Of a stretch of DNA of 64,000 nucleotides, positions 61,351 to 64,000 are shown piece after piece. Positions within the stretch are counted from its first letter, which is position 1. Every line of letters starts with the position of its first letter. A program made the position numbers and the translations under genes. The DNA is from Antedon mediterranea (Eukaryota > Animalia > Echinodermata), in the NCBI RefSeq assembly GCF_964355755.1, contig NC_092671.1:4774001-4838000 (forward strand), written 5' to 3'. Below the pieces are notes generated by a model. It saw only the letters and a program-made list of their open reading frames with translations. It was not told where the DNA came from and did not search any database.

Positions 61351-62361
61351 TTAAGAAAGTCTGAAGAGTTTGAGAAGCGCTTGCCTGTACACTTCATTTG
61401 AAGCGTTATAAATAATGGGATTAATGGCAGCATTAGTTAAATATAGCAACACACACATATTTATACTCTGCTTGAAAAAGTGTCCGTTATGACGACGAAA
61501 GCTAATAAGGATCACATTAATTGGTCCGGTTAAAATAACTTTCACGAAAACAACTATTAATACAGTTCGCAAAGCTTTCATTTCGTACTTGACTCGATTA
61601 ACTGCTGCGGATGATTTTGTTTTAGTGAACGGCGTTTTATTACGTAATGCCCAAAATACAAAACCGTACATTATCACCATTAACACATTAGTAAATAATG
61701 CAAGGTAAATCTCAATCAGCGCCACGTAACTGATAACTGAGCAAATGCTTGGTTCGAATCCCACGCACTGTTCGCACACAGTTGTTGTGTTAGGTATACC
61801 ATTTGTCATATCTGGCCACGGAAAGTCATAAGTACGTTGTCCACTTGTCACAATTACACGAAAGTCCCATAGCGACAGCAGTATCCATGTAATACAGCAT
61901 ATCTTGACTGTGCGCGTTTTGGAGACATATACACGGTACTTTAACGGTGTTAACACTGCTATAAACCTTTCTACAGAAATCATCACTGTTAAAGTAGAAG
62001 AAAGTACAAATGAAAAATTTCTCGTAAAGTTTGAGAACTTACAATATCCAACTGGAAAGAAACTATCATCATACATTGAATGGAATGGACTCAAGCTAGA
62101 AAACCACAAATTGATGGGCGAAGTCAGTAGAAATAAACAGTCTGAAATCGCTAGGTTCAACAAGTAGATATTCAATGAGTTGTACATATTATGTCGATTT
62201 GTACTCAAAACAACGATTATTGATATATTCCCTACAAGACCAATAATAACAATTGGTATCGATAGATATATTGCATAAGCGTCAAGATCACTCTTAAAAT
62301 ACGGATCCATAACTTCGTCCCAATCCTCGATCTCTTCCAACGAATAGTTTTCAGTTTTCAT
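61351..62361 (-). CDS. Intronless rhodopsin-class GPCR, 336 aa, short C-tail
   Basis: GN, NLAISD, ERF, FPWPDMTNG, NAAINPIIY. Confidence 0.92.
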   Translation of the reverse strand: MKTENYSLEEIEDWDEVMDPYFKSDLDAYAIYLSIPIVIIGLVGNISIIVVLSTNRHNMYNSLNIYLLNLAISDCLFLLTSPINLWFSSLSPFHSMYDDSFFPVGYCKFSNFTRNFSFVLSSTLTVMISVERFIAVLTPLKYRVYVSKTRTVKICCITWILLSLWDFRVIVTSGQRTYDFPWPDMTNGIPNTTTVCEQCVGFEPSICSVISYVALIEIYLALFTNVLMVIMYGFVFWALRNKTPFTKTKSSAAVNRVKYEMKALRTVLIVVFVKVILTGPINVILISFRRHNGHFFKQSINMCVLLYLTNAAINPIIYNASNEVYRQALLKLFRLS

Positions 62362-63060
62362 TGCAAAAATACGATATATTTAACTGGTAAATGAAATTCT
62401 TTACAAGATTTACTTTGTTTATAACCTGTCACGGTGTTTGATTTTGCTAGTATGTTCACGATGAATGATGTTAATGCAACATTTGTTCTCATATTTATAA
62501 CTTTGACAATATTTGAGAGGGTAGAGGGCGCTCGAAATCTTAGAAATAATGATGATGTATTAAAAATATATTTGGAATACTTGTATAAAAGAACATACAT
62601 TGCTAACTAAAATCAGATACCATGTTCAATATAACATGAATCGAGTCAGATGAATTTTGTGACAAAAAAAAATAAGTTAGTGGCTTCACAGTACCAAATA
62701 ACATCTTCCAAATTAGTGATAACAAATAATTGTCCTTATTCGCGATATGACTTTTTGCATATAGTGTATTTTTACAATAGAAAAAGTTATTACACTTGAA
62801 GCTGTTCCATAGAATAAGATTATAGACAACAAGTTACATGAAATGTCGATTTTTTTTTAAACAATAAAAAAAAAAGAAATAAAATTAGAAATATCGCTAA
62901 AGAGAAAACACAATTATTATTCTTTTCAATATTTTCCCAGCTAATACTTGAAGTTTCAGATTACTTCTTATGAAATAATAATTATGCATACAACTGGTCA
63001 CAGCGAGGAGTTTGAGCTAGAAGGTTAGCTTTAAAAAGCTCCTGTTGATTACGCTTTATG

Positions 63061-63922
63061 TCAAGACTCACTAAACGCTTTTGATTGAATTCTAGAAATT
63101 ATCCTACGAGCATAGAAATCCTTGTAATCATCTGGTAGATTGTTCAAAGCAGTAATGGCACGATCTACTATCTGCATTGCTTTTGTTGCTGCTAATGGGT
63201 CTTTGTTTCCATATACATCTTTATGATCATAAGCAGACGGTTCCAAGTGTTGCCAAAAAATATTGACAGCAACTCCGAAGTCCAAGCTAGTAACGTTGTG
63301 AAACCATAATGCTTTTAAAAAATTAATACTTTATAAGTATAGTATAAGAAAGAAAGAGAGGCTAACATACGGGGACATTGAGACTCTGCTAATGAAAAAA
63401 GAGAGAAGAGAAACATGATGGGGATCTGAATGGAGGTAGAAGCAACCTAAAGAGATGGAGAGAATATGATCAAGATGATTTGTATACAATGTATATACCG
63501 TAAGCTTAGAGGTACTTTCAGACTACAGTAGAACTTTTGGGACACTGTCTCGAAAAATGAGCAGGTTTTAACATCCTGGCCAACCTCTATTTAAAGGACA
63601 CTTTGAATTGTCCTGAAGATGTCCCTTTAATATTAATTGTACTGTATTTAATGTTCTTTATTGAAGGCACTAATGTTTGATCTTTTTACCTCTATGATTG
63701 AGAGCTCTATAAAACCAAAACTTGAGTAGCCTCTCTGCACTAGCTAGATTTATCTTTAATAACAATTAAAAATAATATTTTTAAATATAATAACAAAAGA
63801 ATTACCTGGAATAAACAGAACATCACCTGGTTCAAGTATGCACTCATACCATGTAACATTTTTAAATAATGGATATTTAGAATAATCAGCATTTTCAATA
63901 TCAATCACTTCAGATTTATCAC
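63061..63922 (-). CDS. TYW5: tRNA wybutosine-synthesizing protein 5 (JmjC hydroxylase), last two exons; gene continues beyond the window
   Basis: Exons 63922-63806 and 63311-63061 encode [63 protein letters not shown]. Confidence 0.9.
63526..63646. mobile_element. Tigger/pogo-like MITE remnant; related fragments near 19590, 26340, 33970, 35810 and 41450
   Basis: TA-CAGTAGAAC...GTACTG-TA ends; internal CCTCTATT...GGACAC and GTGTCC motifs shared among the fragments. Confidence 0.5.
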
Positions 63923-64000
63923 CTAAAAAAAATAATTGATGTAATTGTTATAAATAAATTAAATCAATGGTGGATTCAGATAAAGTACATTTCTGCTCTA

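Overview
AT-rich animal genomic DNA with spliceosomal introns. An echinoderm, possibly a crinoid, is my inference from the Gmr1-type retroelement, the intronless GPCR array and the abundance of TAGGCCTA. Host genes are MPPED1/2-like metallophosphoesterase (minus), CWC25 (plus, head-to-head with MPPED), GORASP/GRASP55-65 (minus), four intact plus one decayed intronless rhodopsin-class GPCR (minus), and the last two exons of TYW5 (minus). The last MPPED intron (about 14.7 kb) is almost entirely a nest of transposons. A very young Mag-type Gypsy element has its 5' LTR split by a 9.9-kb non-coding foldback element (7-bp TSD CTTGATT). That element carries two inverted arrays of a 106-bp hairpin satellite, an 87-bp satellite, a hAT element, a smaller foldback, a Penelope-type hammerhead-like fragment and a HINE. 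A CWC25 intron holds a Gmr1-like Gypsy (PR-INT-RT-RH order) inside a Harbinger MITE inside another MITE. Other notable points are recurrent TA-(GGCC/GGC/CGG/G)-TA micro-insertions that look like excision footprints, a CWC25 lacking its conserved N-terminal Cir_N motif, and a HINE carrying two tRNA-Val-like copies. All calls were made by eye with no database searches.
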